Of a stretch of DNA of 64,000 nt, positions 11,101 through 20,413 are shown piece by piece; the first letter of the stretch is position 1; each line of letters begins with the position of its first letter. The position numbers and the translations under genes are program-made. The notes beneath the pieces are model-generated. The model saw only the letters and a list, made by a program, of their open reading frames with translations, did not search any database and had not been told where the DNA came from. The DNA is taken from the NCBI GenBank assembly GCA_000146465.1, contig CP001948.1, one strand, 5' to 3'.

Positions 11101-12135
11101 CTTGGATCCTTAGGATACAAGGAAAGCTCCAGTCCATTTCGTGATTCTATCATGGGTGCTCTAAGTGATTTAATCACAAAATATAGTGGATATGTTGAGA
11201 AATATCTAGAAGATGCCATGAATGAAGAGCATGTCGGGAGTAATGACAATTCCATATCCAATCCACTAGGGCTGAACAAGTGCGAGGAAGGGCTAAAGAT
11301 TATCTCGAAGAAGGAGGTACTTGAAGTAATACTAATGGAATGCGTTAAGTCAGGTAAGTATATGAACCAAGCATTGGATTTCAGCATCCAAAACTCGTCG
11401 ACGGATATTTTCCGGTTGCTCCTCCAAATCCCATCGTACAGAGAAAAGGTAATTGAAATAGTGGGAAATAGAATAGATGACCTGGTAATGTCTGATCTAT
11501 TTACCGGAGATAGCCATTTAGGAATTGATCTGTTTAAAATGACAGGAAAAACCTCCTTGTTCAAGTTTTTGAAGAATTCCGATAAGATGAGTCTCCTTGA
11601 GTCTATGCTTATCGAAAAGGAGCCAAATACGGCCCATATAAAAAAGCTTTTGAAATGCATGAAGCCGTCTGAAAAGCTGGAGAAATGTCTTTTAGTGTCT
11701 GATCCTTTATACACATCAATATTTTACGGATCTGGAGAAAAAATGGATGATCAAGGCCATCAAAGAGAGTTATTCATCAGGGCGTTTAACACCCTGAATT
11801 ATCAAGAGTTGAAGCCTTTGATCATTCCCGACTACCTAAATCTCCTTCTGGATGTTTCATATAAGAATGTCAACGATTCTCAATCGCTAATCAAAATCCT
11901 CTGCACCACAAATTCCCTGAGGGCATTGGAAAGGCTAAACTACGTTGTTTCCGACATGGAAATTGAAGACTCGCTCTTTGTTTTGAGTGGCCATCTTCTT
12001 CGAAACTATCTTTCCTATGAGAAAAGAGAGGCAGTTCTTCCATCCCTCAATCTTCTATACAAAAGATACAGTGCCAAGCTTGGGGTCTTCGGTCTGATGA
12101 TTAGGCGTCTTCTTGATGATAGCGGATATCTTTGA
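8170..12135 (+). CDS. large hypothetical protein, alpha-helical (HEAT/ARM-like) repeat architecture, 1321 aa
   Basis: Long uninterrupted ORF. It shows amphipathic helical-repeat character and has no enzymatic motifs I can name. Confidence 0.4.
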   Translation: MPEKVEKKDYNYHSSKLEDLLLRLPSENKGERINLEGCILQALEILFGKSTDYLILGLKACKAHKLGLFHKESIKDFMKKNELVNGYVGSFFAWLVDFFPISFVEILFEEEATIFKHYTKVLMKLYKSPKVTESRLATERQDFNTLSCITKPKIAGLIRYPGVVTYLTKNLMYMNEEERLFLIKRYLKREDFEYYLNTLIDRSQTPEKYRADLDEYLKNGILEDRSGKYSVFMRVYNFIKKNNHKTIEDVGVVERVFDGYSVEEFLQSDIGLIFVTQTIEYIGIYSGSVQKCRDIISRALKSDIPRDISKTLWNTLITNRRVFLECIEKFKIFEDEDLARILIYRRSTSKEEGPSIYKSISYGDGIYRKEAVEYVVESFSTQEITNVMLKQDSDERSFLLECIYRKALLGEFDFRIFEIEDEVWVEKTYDEIFKTLSHNIYDSLVEKRPELLFDYCFRHRDLRRKYFEEIDKENCTIEEGICIHKILRHESKMLKSLKSNKSYAEAVYGDTNEGNEIYMMSTLMDPIPSSNIVEFIYLLTLIRPEDAKYYMCEYFEEICEQATNCLKEESSFDSTDYSKVLSLGDLSLMYLVPFHQMIETMFSVHLRNRYLVYTIMDSLLESIVGGVQNLRLIILKSMDSNSVTSHHIVKYIDTLTPLLHNSNIQICNESRRLLMEIPIITPELVCLKSQMVQSIIDKMYAKSFFKSIRRQQFNHYLCFNTLNMLVQTLTMHIKELKEDVFPILSSLEFIAHPQDLKLVFPVIFESLSSFVIENAFYLDECCSVVASLMKFGGDISFDRLIDNMGLSLRVNKFLVRCLKASNNEIAESVINRIIRKGSGDVDIREDTGEGSLYVEPFFLAYAPELPIFKEYLPIFKPLLKRLFLSSDTMKQEIASKAFESMDILEFLLTCCIIGQWKTRLLCIELFDKKGGEDSRVLAMLFILRNDTHSALRKKALDIWKSKVVNTNSALKDIYRTILGSLGYKESSSPFRDSIMGALSDLITKYSGYVEKYLEDAMNEEHVGSNDNSISNPLGLNKCEEGLKIISKKEVLEVILMECVKSGKYMNQALDFSIQNSSTDIFRLLLQIPSYREKVIEIVGNRIDDLVMSDLFTGDSHLGIDLFKMTGKTSLFKFLKNSDKMSLLESMLIEKEPNTAHIKKLLKCMKPSEKLEKCLLVSDPLYTSIFYGSGEKMDDQGHQRELFIRAFNTLNYQELKPLIIPDYLNLLLDVSYKNVNDSQSLIKILCTTNSLRALERLNYVVSDMEIEDSLFVLSGHLLRNYLSYEKREAVLPSLNLLYKRYSAKLGVFGLMIRRLLDDSGYL

Positions 12136-12150
12136 ATAGGAATTCTATCG

Positions 12151-13080
12151 GTGTTTTCAACCGTACAAATAAAAATTTATGATCCCAGCCATAAGATGAT
12201 TCTTACAAAGATGGCTGAAAGAAAACTAGACTCTACGCCTACGTCTCTGTACTTGAGAAATGGTAAAATATATGTAGGTCTTAAGAAGAAATATGCTATT
12301 GAAACCGAATACGATGTTCTTATCCTTAAGAAAATACCCGTGGAAGAAAACATTAGAGCTATAGTTGGACACGAAGAAGGCCTTCTTTTCTTTCTGGACA
12401 AGGGTGGTCTCTATGGTCTTTCGTGGGGTGATGATAATGCTGCAAATAGAATTTTATTCCGGAAAAAGATTATAAATACCGGACTTTATGATCAGTCTTC
12501 AGGACGTGTTGTTATTGGCACAAGCAAAGGAAAAGTCCTAGTACTTAACCAGTCTCTTGAAATAAGTAAGACTTTCTATGAATCGCCGTCGGGGATCATT
12601 AACCTTTCTGTGTCCGATTTGGGTAAGGTGGCCTGCATCTATGAGGTTGACTCTTCTGTGAAGGTGTTCGACTTAAAACATCCTGAGGTCAAGTCCGTAA
12701 GCCTATCCAATGGATTTCCGCAAGCTATTGCGTTTGTTGGTAGCACTCATTTGGTAGTTGGAGGAGATTCTGGAGAACTTTGTGTTGTCGATACAACTGT
12801 TATGAGCATTGTATCCTCCTTAAAGATTCCTCAGGCAGTCACTGTTCTCCTTTGGAAGGACGGATATCTACTCATTGGGGGAGAAAACATATTATACCTG
12901 TCTTCTGTTACAGAAGACCACATTGAGATTATAGATAGTTATGAATGTAATGGATTTGTGAATGCAGTCACTCTTGAAGACGGGTACGCTGTAGTTGGTA
13001 TTGGAAAAGAGCCAAGGCTTGGAAGATGGAAGGTAAAAAAGAATGGAGAGCACAAGCTGATTGTTCTGAAAGTAGGGTAG
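12151..13080 (+). CDS. hypothetical beta-propeller (WD40-like) protein
   Basis: Repeated short beta-strand blocks ending in GxxxGxV/LxxD-like turns (e.g. VVIGTSKGKVLVLN, LVVGGDSGELCVVD, YLLIGGENILYLSSV) are typical of WD/propeller blades. An alternative start is at 12196. Confidence 0.35.
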   Translation: MFSTVQIKIYDPSHKMILTKMAERKLDSTPTSLYLRNGKIYVGLKKKYAIETEYDVLILKKIPVEENIRAIVGHEEGLLFFLDKGGLYGLSWGDDNAANRILFRKKIINTGLYDQSSGRVVIGTSKGKVLVLNQSLEISKTFYESPSGIINLSVSDLGKVACIYEVDSSVKVFDLKHPEVKSVSLSNGFPQAIAFVGSTHLVVGGDSGELCVVDTTVMSIVSSLKIPQAVTVLLWKDGYLLIGGENILYLSSVTEDHIEIIDSYECNGFVNAVTLEDGYAVVGIGKEPRLGRWKVKKNGEHKLIVLKVG

Positions 13081-13133
13081 TTATCCGAATGGAGGATTAG
13101 TAGGACTTCAAACAAGAACTTGGGGATACCCTA

Positions 13134-14129
13134 ATGAAGATATCGTATATAGAAGGTGGGCTTCTTGTTGTTGAGCATGGAGAAATAGACAAGTGCCTAA
13201 ATAAGCTGATTATGTTTGATCTTGACATGACACTGATCTCAAAAAATACTGGTCAAACTTCTAAAGACTGGGAATACCTGTTTCCGCAAGTGCCTATGAA
13301 GATCAGAGAACTAAGTAAGCAAGGCTATTTTATTGGAATAGCTTCGAACCAGTCTCAGCTTATTCGTCTCAATGTTCTAGAGGAGTTTGTGGAGAAGGTA
13401 TGCAATATCTTAGCCGATCTAGATGCTCCAATTGTCTTTCTAGCAGCATTGGAAAGGAATGAATATAGAAAGCCGTCGACAGGGATGTATGAATACATAT
13501 GCCGAGAATATGTTGATGAATCAAAGATAACTAAGAAAATTTATGTTGGAGATGCCGTGAATTCCTCTCTTGGTCCTGGGCACACAAACTCATGCGATAG
13601 TAAATTTGCACACAATGCAGGAATGGAATTTAAGCATCCAGACGAGTTCTTCCGGGGAACTAAGTTAGTGTATTTTCATGAGAATTTTGACATTAGAAAA
13701 TATAGAGAAGGAAGCTTCGAAACCGATGGCGAAAAGAAAATAATATTTGTTTTTGGAAGGAAAAAGCATTGTGGAAAGAGGTTCTTTGCCAAAAAGTATT
13801 TCCCAAACCATAGGATCATTAATGAAAAAGCATTTTCCAACATTCAGGAGAACTGTATACTGATTAACTGTGGAGACAGGCATTTAATTGAAACAATTAT
13901 GGCCAGATATCCCGAACAGTATTCGATGTACTACCTAAACTATCCAAACGAGGTAATGAATTATCTAAAAACCCTGGCAGTTCTTTCTGGGGAAAAGGAA
14001 GAAGAGTTTGTTCCACTAGATGCTTGTACATTCAGTATAATTGAGAAGTACGGGGTAAAGGTCCCCTTTATATTTGATAGCTCCGGATTTGATGAGAAAA
14101 AGACAAAATTATCTAGGATGCAGCTGTAG
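13134..14129 (+). CDS. polynucleotide kinase 3'-phosphatase (PNKP)-like protein; HAD phosphatase domain intact, kinase P-loop atypical
   Basis: HAD motif I LIMFDLDMTLI (DxDxT) and YVGDAVNS...FKHPDEFF match the PNKP phosphatase module. The C-terminal region IIFVFGRKKHCGKRFF sits where the kinase Walker A lies, but it departs from GxxxxGK[ST]. Confidence 0.55.
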   Translation: MKISYIEGGLLVVEHGEIDKCLNKLIMFDLDMTLISKNTGQTSKDWEYLFPQVPMKIRELSKQGYFIGIASNQSQLIRLNVLEEFVEKVCNILADLDAPIVFLAALERNEYRKPSTGMYEYICREYVDESKITKKIYVGDAVNSSLGPGHTNSCDSKFAHNAGMEFKHPDEFFRGTKLVYFHENFDIRKYREGSFETDGEKKIIFVFGRKKHCGKRFFAKKYFPNHRIINEKAFSNIQENCILINCGDRHLIETIMARYPEQYSMYYLNYPNEVMNYLKTLAVLSGEKEEEFVPLDACTFSIIEKYGVKVPFIFDSSGFDEKKTKLSRMQL

Positions 14130-14152
14130 TAATGCTTTATCCATTGCTCCTC

Positions 14153-14500
14153 TTAAATCTCCTCCCTGGCTATGGCGTTTTCTAGTATTTTTACTCTCTC
14201 TCGAACACTTGGAATTAAACTATAAAACTTCTTTTTCACCCTTTCACTTTTGTTACAAAAAACATTCTTTTCATAGAAATCTCTAAGGAATTTTACTCTG
14301 CCTGGCTCTATCAAACCTTCACAGTGATATCTTTCTTCTCTTTTGGAGTTTTTATAGAGCCCCAGACCCCAGGTAGAAGATGGTTTACTTCTTTTTGATC
14401 GATCTTCTTGGCTTGAAACATCCACTTCTTTGTTTTCGGATAAGAAAAAGCCGAGAGTATTCATTCTACCTTTGTTCTCCTCCAAGATATGTTTAATCAA
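14153..14500 (-). CDS. hypothetical small basic protein (115 aa)
   Basis: ORF is bounded by neighbouring genes and I recognise no family. Confidence 0.25.
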   Translation of the reverse strand: MIKHILEENKGRMNTLGFFLSENKEVDVSSQEDRSKRSKPSSTWGLGLYKNSKREERYHCEGLIEPGRVKFLRDFYEKNVFCNKSERVKKKFYSLIPSVRERVKILENAIAREEI

Positions 14501-14622
14501 ACCCAGTAGACCAATTACAAGAAATATACAAATTTCTTAAGTTAGATTGGACACTCCGCTGTTTTGTCTTCATACCTAAAACATCTCTGAGGTTCAAATT
14601 AGAGAAGAGAAAGAAAAGAAGG

Positions 14623-15786
14623 ATGATCAAGGTCCTTCTTGGAATAAGCTTTCTGTTAAGAAGTGTAAGGAGTACAAAAAATATAGCCCTTGAGAAGAGT
14701 TTAACACCATTTCGTAGATACTGCCAATCGGGATATAAATTCCCCGAAAAAGCAGAAAACTACAACCTCGAAAAGTTGTTTGTAATATTTAGACATGGTG
14801 CTAGAGCTCCGGTGCGAAATCTCACCAGGGAATGGGACAACCAGGAATGCATGCCCTGCAACTTCAATGATAATGTAATATCAGATTGTAAAAGAAAGAA
14901 GTGCTCTGAAGGAGACCTAACTCATAGAGGATTTGCCCAGATGATCACTCTTGGAAAATTCATAAAGAAAATTTATAAGCCACTTCTTTTCGATAAGCAG
15001 GTAAAGATGGAAAATATAAAGATGAGAGCTACAAAGATACCTAGAACGCATTCTTCTCTAGCTGGAGTTATAAGAGGCCTTACAGGAGACACCGAAATAG
15101 GAAATGTAGAAGTGCCTCAGAAAGACGATTCCCTTCTGAACACCCTGGGATGTGCTTCTACAAAGGAGAGAGAAGATGTCACAAGGCTCTTTGACAAGCC
15201 GAGTATAGTTCAAGACAATCAGACCTTCTCTCGGCATCCAAAACCACAGGAAAGGGCAGATCATTACTACACAAGTTTATGCAGTAGGGTAAACGTGGAT
15301 TGTGCGGAGTTAAACTGTAATATAAAAAATGTGGAAGACCATATGAAGTCTGCAAACGATGCCTGGACATATATGGCAACAATTGGATCGAAAAACGTAG
15401 AGAATAGAAAACGTCTATTTGGAAGGTTTGCAAGGGATCTACTCATCGACATCGGAGAGGAAAAACAGATACTCCTTTATTCTGCTCATGATTCCTCTAT
15501 GAGTGCAATACTTGTGGGCCTTGAAACAGACGTATTAGAATGGCCTTCATATGCATCTGCACTATTTATCGAAATATGGTGTAACACAGGAAAGCAGTAT
15601 GTTAGAATGGTGTTTAACAACAGAGTTGTAAAGCCAAAGTCTTTTCTAGATGATTATATCCCAATAAGAGATTTCATGGAATTGATAAAGAGTAGTTCTG
15701 CTTCCAATCCTCAAGAAAAGACTTCCGAAAGCTCAAACATTGAGGAAAACAAAAATGCAGAAGAAGATAGATCTGAGAAGAGATGA
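14623..15786 (+). CDS. histidine acid phosphatase (branch 2 histidine phosphatase), with N-terminal signal peptide
   Basis: The catalytic RHGxRxP motif appears as FRHGARAP. A downstream YSAHDSSM matches the HD proton-donor motif. The N-terminus MIKVLLGISFLLRSV is hydrophobic. Confidence 0.7.
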   Translation: MIKVLLGISFLLRSVRSTKNIALEKSLTPFRRYCQSGYKFPEKAENYNLEKLFVIFRHGARAPVRNLTREWDNQECMPCNFNDNVISDCKRKKCSEGDLTHRGFAQMITLGKFIKKIYKPLLFDKQVKMENIKMRATKIPRTHSSLAGVIRGLTGDTEIGNVEVPQKDDSLLNTLGCASTKEREDVTRLFDKPSIVQDNQTFSRHPKPQERADHYYTSLCSRVNVDCAELNCNIKNVEDHMKSANDAWTYMATIGSKNVENRKRLFGRFARDLLIDIGEEKQILLYSAHDSSMSAILVGLETDVLEWPSYASALFIEIWCNTGKQYVRMVFNNRVVKPKSFLDDYIPIRDFMELIKSSSASNPQEKTSESSNIEENKNAEEDRSEKR

Positions 15787-15845
15787 ACTTAGTATCATCA
15801 ATAATTTTGTAAAATAAAACAATATCAACCAATAAAACAACTCAT

Positions 15846-17066
15846 TTACTTCTTCCTATAGTCCAATCTAGTTTCTAGTTTCTTTGCATCTGCTATTTTC
15901 CTAACAGACTTAACAAAATCTTCATGTTTTACATAGTCTCTTTCGTCCTTCAAGGCAATCATACCTGCCTCCGTACATACATTTCTTAGATCTGCTCCGT
16001 TGAATCCTGCAGTTAGCTTCACCAATGAATCGTAATCAATTTCTTCAATAGCATTCATGAGTTTAGAATGAATCTTTAACACCTCCTTCCTCCCTTGTTC
16101 GTTAGGAAGTGGGATTTCAATCTTTCTGTCAAGTCTTCCAGGGCGAAGAAGTGCTGGGTCGAGTATGTCTGGCCTGTTTGTTGCCATAATAACCTTGACA
16201 TTGTCGAGCTCATTAAACCCATCCAGTTGGTTGAGAAGCTCCATCAGAGTTCTTTGGACTTCCCTGTCCGAGGAACTGGACTCTCTGGATCTTTTTCCTC
16301 CAATAGCATCGATCTCGTCCATGAATATTATGCACGGCGCCTTCCTTTTCGCATAGGCAAACATCTCTCTAATCATACGCGAAGACTCTCCAATGTACTT
16401 CTCAATTAACGCAGAAGACACTACCTTCAAAAAATTCACATCCATTGTGGCTGCAACTATCCTTGCTAGTAAGGTCTTTCCTGTTCCAGGAGGTCCATAC
16501 AGAAGAACCCCCTTAGGAGCTCGTACTCCAATTCTTTTGAATATATCTGGATTTTTCAAAGGGAGTTCTATCACCTCCCGAAGCTCTCTTATCTGGTCCT
16601 TAAGGCCTCCAACAGATTCAAAGGAAATGTTGTCTCCAGGGCTTTCTTCCCCCATCGAATGGATCATTGGATCCACTTCTCTGGGAAGTACCACCATAAT
16701 CGTAAGAGTTGTGATGTCCAATGCCACCCTTGTTCCTGCTGTTATGTTCCTTCTGTCTATTGCCTTCATGCATCCGACAACGTATCTTGGCCCCTGGCTA
16801 CTTTTGACGATGAACTTCTCGTCACTTAATTTTTCTAACACTTCGCCTATTATATGTCCCACTGTTTGTAGGGCCTTGACGTCATTTTCACTCTTCAGGT
16901 AATGTTTGTGAGTTTGCTTATATACCTCCTGCTCCATTTTCAATGCCTTGTATGCTTTTTCATTACTAAGCAAGGCTTGTGTATATTCTTCATAAAGCTT
17001 GTTTTTATCCTCCTGAAACATTAAAGGGCTCCACCTAACATGATTTACACATACATTTGACCCCAC
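15846..17066 (-). CDS. RPT4: 26S proteasome regulatory ATPase subunit RPT4 (S10B/PSMC6 orthologue)
   Basis: Near-colinear match to PSMC6 along the whole length: ...[31 protein letters not shown]..., Walker [27 protein letters not shown], and the C-terminal [21 protein letters not shown]. The start may be at an internal Met (17021). Confidence 0.85.
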   Translation of the reverse strand: MGSNVCVNHVRWSPLMFQEDKNKLYEEYTQALLSNEKAYKALKMEQEVYKQTHKHYLKSENDVKALQTVGHIIGEVLEKLSDEKFIVKSSQGPRYVVGCMKAIDRRNITAGTRVALDITTLTIMVVLPREVDPMIHSMGEESPGDNISFESVGGLKDQIRELREVIELPLKNPDIFKRIGVRAPKGVLLYGPPGTGKTLLARIVAATMDVNFLKVVSSALIEKYIGESSRMIREMFAYAKRKAPCIIFMDEIDAIGGKRSRESSSSDREVQRTLMELLNQLDGFNELDNVKVIMATNRPDILDPALLRPGRLDRKIEIPLPNEQGRKEVLKIHSKLMNAIEEIDYDSLVKLTAGFNGADLRNVCTEAGMIALKDERDYVKHEDFVKSVRKIADAKKLETRLDYRKK

Positions 17067-18896
17067 ATGGAGGAGTATGAAATTTTGGAGATATACAGAG
17101 AAATATCGTCAAAAGGCACCTATGACTTCAAGATGTTTTTGTTTGATGGGAAAAAGATCTCGGTCAAGAAGGTTTCCGACGAAATGAAATCCAGGGTAAG
17201 AAAAGGAATGTGTTACAAAAACGACTGGATCTTGATTCAGGAAGATGAGGATGGAATAGTTTTCAAGGTTATTGAGCCAAGAGCTTATTCCTATGCATCT
17301 CTTTTTAAAAAGAAATTTGACTCAGATGCTTATCTCACCATCAGAGGAAATGAAGGCCCGGTTGGTTCGGGACTTTCCGAGAAAACAATTCCGAAGGACC
17401 CCAGTAAGCCAGAGCAATCTCCTGCTTCTGTAGTTCCAGAGGAACTTCCAGAAAGAATTCTTCTCCCGTTTCTGAACGATACCCTTCCCTATAGTGTCCT
17501 TGAAATACCTGTAATGAACAAGGATCTACTTAATGGACAAAAGGTTAAATCCAATGAACTTGTTTTGCCTGATTCCTTCAATCCCGTTGACGTGAACAGA
17601 TGGAATAACCGGAGTTCTCGCCTCTCTCCAATAATTGGAAGGGTCATATACAAAACTAGAATGAGCTCTGTAACTTATACCCGAAAATATCCCTATTATT
17701 TTTTTATTCTTCAGACTTCCAGACTAAACATCATCAAAGTGTTTGTTTGGGGAGAAGACCTCCCATATTCCTCCATGAAAGTTGGAGATAAAATCTGTTT
17801 GTCCAAGTGTAGGAAGAAACCTAACATTGAAGGCCCTTCTATTGTCGAGCATAACAGATTTACAGAGGCAAGGTATTTTCGATGTAAGGAGGTTAGTGCT
17901 AAGGAGATATTTAGAATTGAGTTGAACGAACCGAAGGAAGCATTTAAGTCAATATTTTCCGATGCATCGGGAAAGGTCGAATACCTAAGTGTTTTGAATA
18001 GGAGATGTTCAGGGTTTCTCGAAGAATACTATTTGATCCGAATGGGGAAACATAAGATCCTTTTGTTCTACAATTCATCTAAGGAATTCCATGAGATCGA
18101 GGTTGGAAAACATGTTAGAATCACCAATCTGAGGATTTCAAGGCGTGGAAGATCGGAGTTTTATATTTCTACGATCTATACACAGATCGAATTCAGCGAT
18201 GGCATTTCTTCTCCTCTTGTGATACAGGACGGGGATATTGTCTCAAAGCTTGATGACGAGGGGAAAGATACCAGAAAAAGAAGCAAGATGGCAACGAATT
18301 TTGAGGAGTCTGAAGACGAAGACAACTTCTTGGAAAAAAAAGAGAATAGTTCCTTTCAATGTAACCTTATATTTGGAGCCATGGGGTATGTTCCGGACGA
18401 CTTCTCGAATATTGAGGAGATGTATCTGTCTAGGAAAGAGGAGATATCTGGAGAGATGTGCGAGATAGTTCCTTTCATGCCGCCTTTGGAAATAAATCTG
18501 AAGGACATTTACGACGAAGCGGAAAAGCTGATGCTAAATGAGTCGAAGAAATTCATAGTTGATGGAATGCTGGTTGATGTTGATTTTTCAAACTTCATAT
18601 TTGATGAACCACCAACTCTCATGGATGGTACATCTGTAACCTATTTCTGTAACGGAGCCTTAACCCACCAACTCCCGGGATATGTAAGTATATGCAACGA
18701 GATAACGATTGTTGTTTACTTGTTCAACAACTTCTGGATGGACGAGTTTGACTTAGAATCATTGTATAAGCTGGGTGGATGCTCCTCACTTGAAGAGTTA
18801 AAGAGCATGAGAGGAAGAGAAATGAAATTTGTGATTGATGCCTTTCGAGCTTCAGAAGAAACTGTGATATTTTGTTTAACTAAGGTTTTTAAATAG
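17067..18896 (+). CDS. hypothetical protein with several OB-fold-like segments (candidate ssDNA/telomere-binding protein)
   Basis: Segments such as [63 protein letters not shown] and [28 protein letters not shown] follow the RPA/POT1-type OB pattern (IxGrVxxk...F.L.D.sg.I.v..w...vGd.v). I found no zinc ribbon and recognise no family. Confidence 0.4.
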   Translation: MEEYEILEIYREISSKGTYDFKMFLFDGKKISVKKVSDEMKSRVRKGMCYKNDWILIQEDEDGIVFKVIEPRAYSYASLFKKKFDSDAYLTIRGNEGPVGSGLSEKTIPKDPSKPEQSPASVVPEELPERILLPFLNDTLPYSVLEIPVMNKDLLNGQKVKSNELVLPDSFNPVDVNRWNNRSSRLSPIIGRVIYKTRMSSVTYTRKYPYYFFILQTSRLNIIKVFVWGEDLPYSSMKVGDKICLSKCRKKPNIEGPSIVEHNRFTEARYFRCKEVSAKEIFRIELNEPKEAFKSIFSDASGKVEYLSVLNRRCSGFLEEYYLIRMGKHKILLFYNSSKEFHEIEVGKHVRITNLRISRRGRSEFYISTIYTQIEFSDGISSPLVIQDGDIVSKLDDEGKDTRKRSKMATNFEESEDEDNFLEKKENSSFQCNLIFGAMGYVPDDFSNIEEMYLSRKEEISGEMCEIVPFMPPLEINLKDIYDEAEKLMLNESKKFIVDGMLVDVDFSNFIFDEPPTLMDGTSVTYFCNGALTHQLPGYVSICNEITIVVYLFNNFWMDEFDLESLYKLGGCSSLEELKSMRGREMKFVIDAFRASEETVIFCLTKVFK

Positions 18897-18936
18897 AAAC
18901 AAAGGAGACTTTTGAGTTTTGGGTCTATGAAATTTC

Positions 18937-19389
18937 GTGAGATTTCCCTCCCTATCGATGGCCGAATTTCATCCAAGCCTATTCAGGAGAAAGAATCGGC
19001 CCGAAGACATTTCTGAGGCAGTGACAGAGGTCAAGTCTACATCAATACCACAGAACACACTTTATGAAGAACCCTTAGTCTCACAGCATCGGGCAAAGAA
19101 AAAGTATGTGACAGTGTACGGATTCACAGCAGGAAACCTCGATGCAGTGATGGATACTGTTAAGTCCTGTGGAGAAGTTCTAGAAGTTGAATATGGAAGG
19201 AACTGGATAAATGTTTTGTTCGATAACGAAGACAGTATAAAGAGATGTCTGAGACTAAACACTACGATGATCGAGGACGAGATTGTGGGGACTTTCAGAC
19301 AAGGAGGAGGAATTATTGATTCCAGCGATATTTTTGTAAGGAAGAAGGGGGTTTTTACGTCTATAATGGAATATCTGTTTGGAGATTAA
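18937..19389 (+). CDS. nucleoporin Nup35/Nup53-like (RRM-like MPPN domain)
   Basis: KKYVTVYGFTAGNLDAVMDTVKSCGEVLEVEYGRNWINVLFDNEDSIKRCLRLN aligns with the NUP35 RRM-like domain (WVTVFGFP...ILLQFAQYGNILKHV...NWMHIRYQSKLQARKAL). Confidence 0.6.
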   Translation: MRFPSLSMAEFHPSLFRRKNRPEDISEAVTEVKSTSIPQNTLYEEPLVSQHRAKKKYVTVYGFTAGNLDAVMDTVKSCGEVLEVEYGRNWINVLFDNEDSIKRCLRLNTTMIEDEIVGTFRQGGGIIDSSDIFVRKKGVFTSIMEYLFGD

Positions 19390-19485
19390 ATCTGCTTCTT
19401 TAGAGCTTCTTGCCAACGATGTTGTTCAATTACTGAATGGTTTCCGAAGGATATTTGAAATTCCCTCCGGTTTCACCCAGGAAGA

Positions 19486-20358
19486 ATGGATTATGAGCCT
19501 GTAATGAACAAGCTCATAAAAAAAGTAGTAAGGAAGTTTTACGAGCCCCAACATGTAGTTATTACTGACATTCTGCTTCATAAGACTCTTCTCTACGATG
19601 CGGAGCTCTGCGGGAGGATGAAGATGCTTTCGAAGGAAGTTAATCGTCTGATAATAAGACTGAAGGAAGATAAGATTGTTAAGTATGAGACAAAGGTGGA
19701 AAATAGAGAGGACAATGGACAAGTTCTTCGCACTGTGTATTACATAAACTATGCAGAGGTCCGAGACGTCATCAAGTATAAGATATTTAAAATGACAAAG
19801 AATCTAGAGAACAATATAAAGATGGCACAGACAGAAGGATATATATGCATGGAATGTGGGCGGGAGTACAGTTCTTTGGATGCTCAGAGTCTTATGGAGA
19901 ACTATGTGTTCAAATGCGAGGATTGTAAAGGAGATCTTGCGGAAAACAAGAAGGATAGGAGCGCCGACTGCACGATGTATTCCAACTTGATGTCCGAGCT
20001 GGATGATATTATTCTCCTCCTGAAGGAAACAGACAAGTTCAGCATCCCGTCTTTGGACTATTTCCAAGTTCTTCAGATGAAGAAAGAAAAGGAAACCAAA
20101 CAAATGCCTAGCAAAAAGGAAGAGCAGGTGTCTGAGATGGCGCTTCCTGTTGTGGAGGAGTTTGAGATGGGAGAGTCCTACACTGCTAGTGATAGGGAAG
20201 ATCAAAAAAAGGAAGTGAAGATAGAAGAATACGTTACAGTGAACGGAACCAAGAAACTGTTCTCCGATGTTACTGAGGAAGACAAAGAGATGATGAACGA
20301 GGCTGAATATGAAGAATATTATGATATCTATTCTAAATACTATGACAATGGAAACTGA
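19486..20358 (+). CDS. transcription initiation factor TFIIE alpha subunit
   Basis: The N-terminal winged helix LIKKVVRKFYEPQHVVITDILL...VYYINYAEVRDVIKYKIFKM aligns with GTF2E1 ([20 protein letters not shown]...YYFINYRTLVNVVKYKL). The zinc ribbon CMECGREYSSLDAQSL...FKCEDC follows, then an acidic tail. Confidence 0.8.
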   Translation: MDYEPVMNKLIKKVVRKFYEPQHVVITDILLHKTLLYDAELCGRMKMLSKEVNRLIIRLKEDKIVKYETKVENREDNGQVLRTVYYINYAEVRDVIKYKIFKMTKNLENNIKMAQTEGYICMECGREYSSLDAQSLMENYVFKCEDCKGDLAENKKDRSADCTMYSNLMSELDDIILLLKETDKFSIPSLDYFQVLQMKKEKETKQMPSKKEEQVSEMALPVVEEFEMGESYTASDREDQKKEVKIEEYVTVNGTKKLFSDVTEEDKEMMNEAEYEEYYDIYSKYYDNGN

Positions 20359-20413
20359 TAGTAAATGTGAAGTAAACTCTAACTTATTATTTTTGAAATA
20401 TTTTAGGAGAAGG

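Noticed and set aside
18684-18701. GTAAGT hexamer followed 12 nt later by AG, inside the 609-aa OB-like ORF; considered as a possible mini-intron
   Set aside because: The ORF reads through without interruption. An 18-nt intron is implausibly short. GTAAGT is expected about 30 times by chance in 64 kb on both strands. No conservation argument supports splicing here, unlike at 39227..39250.
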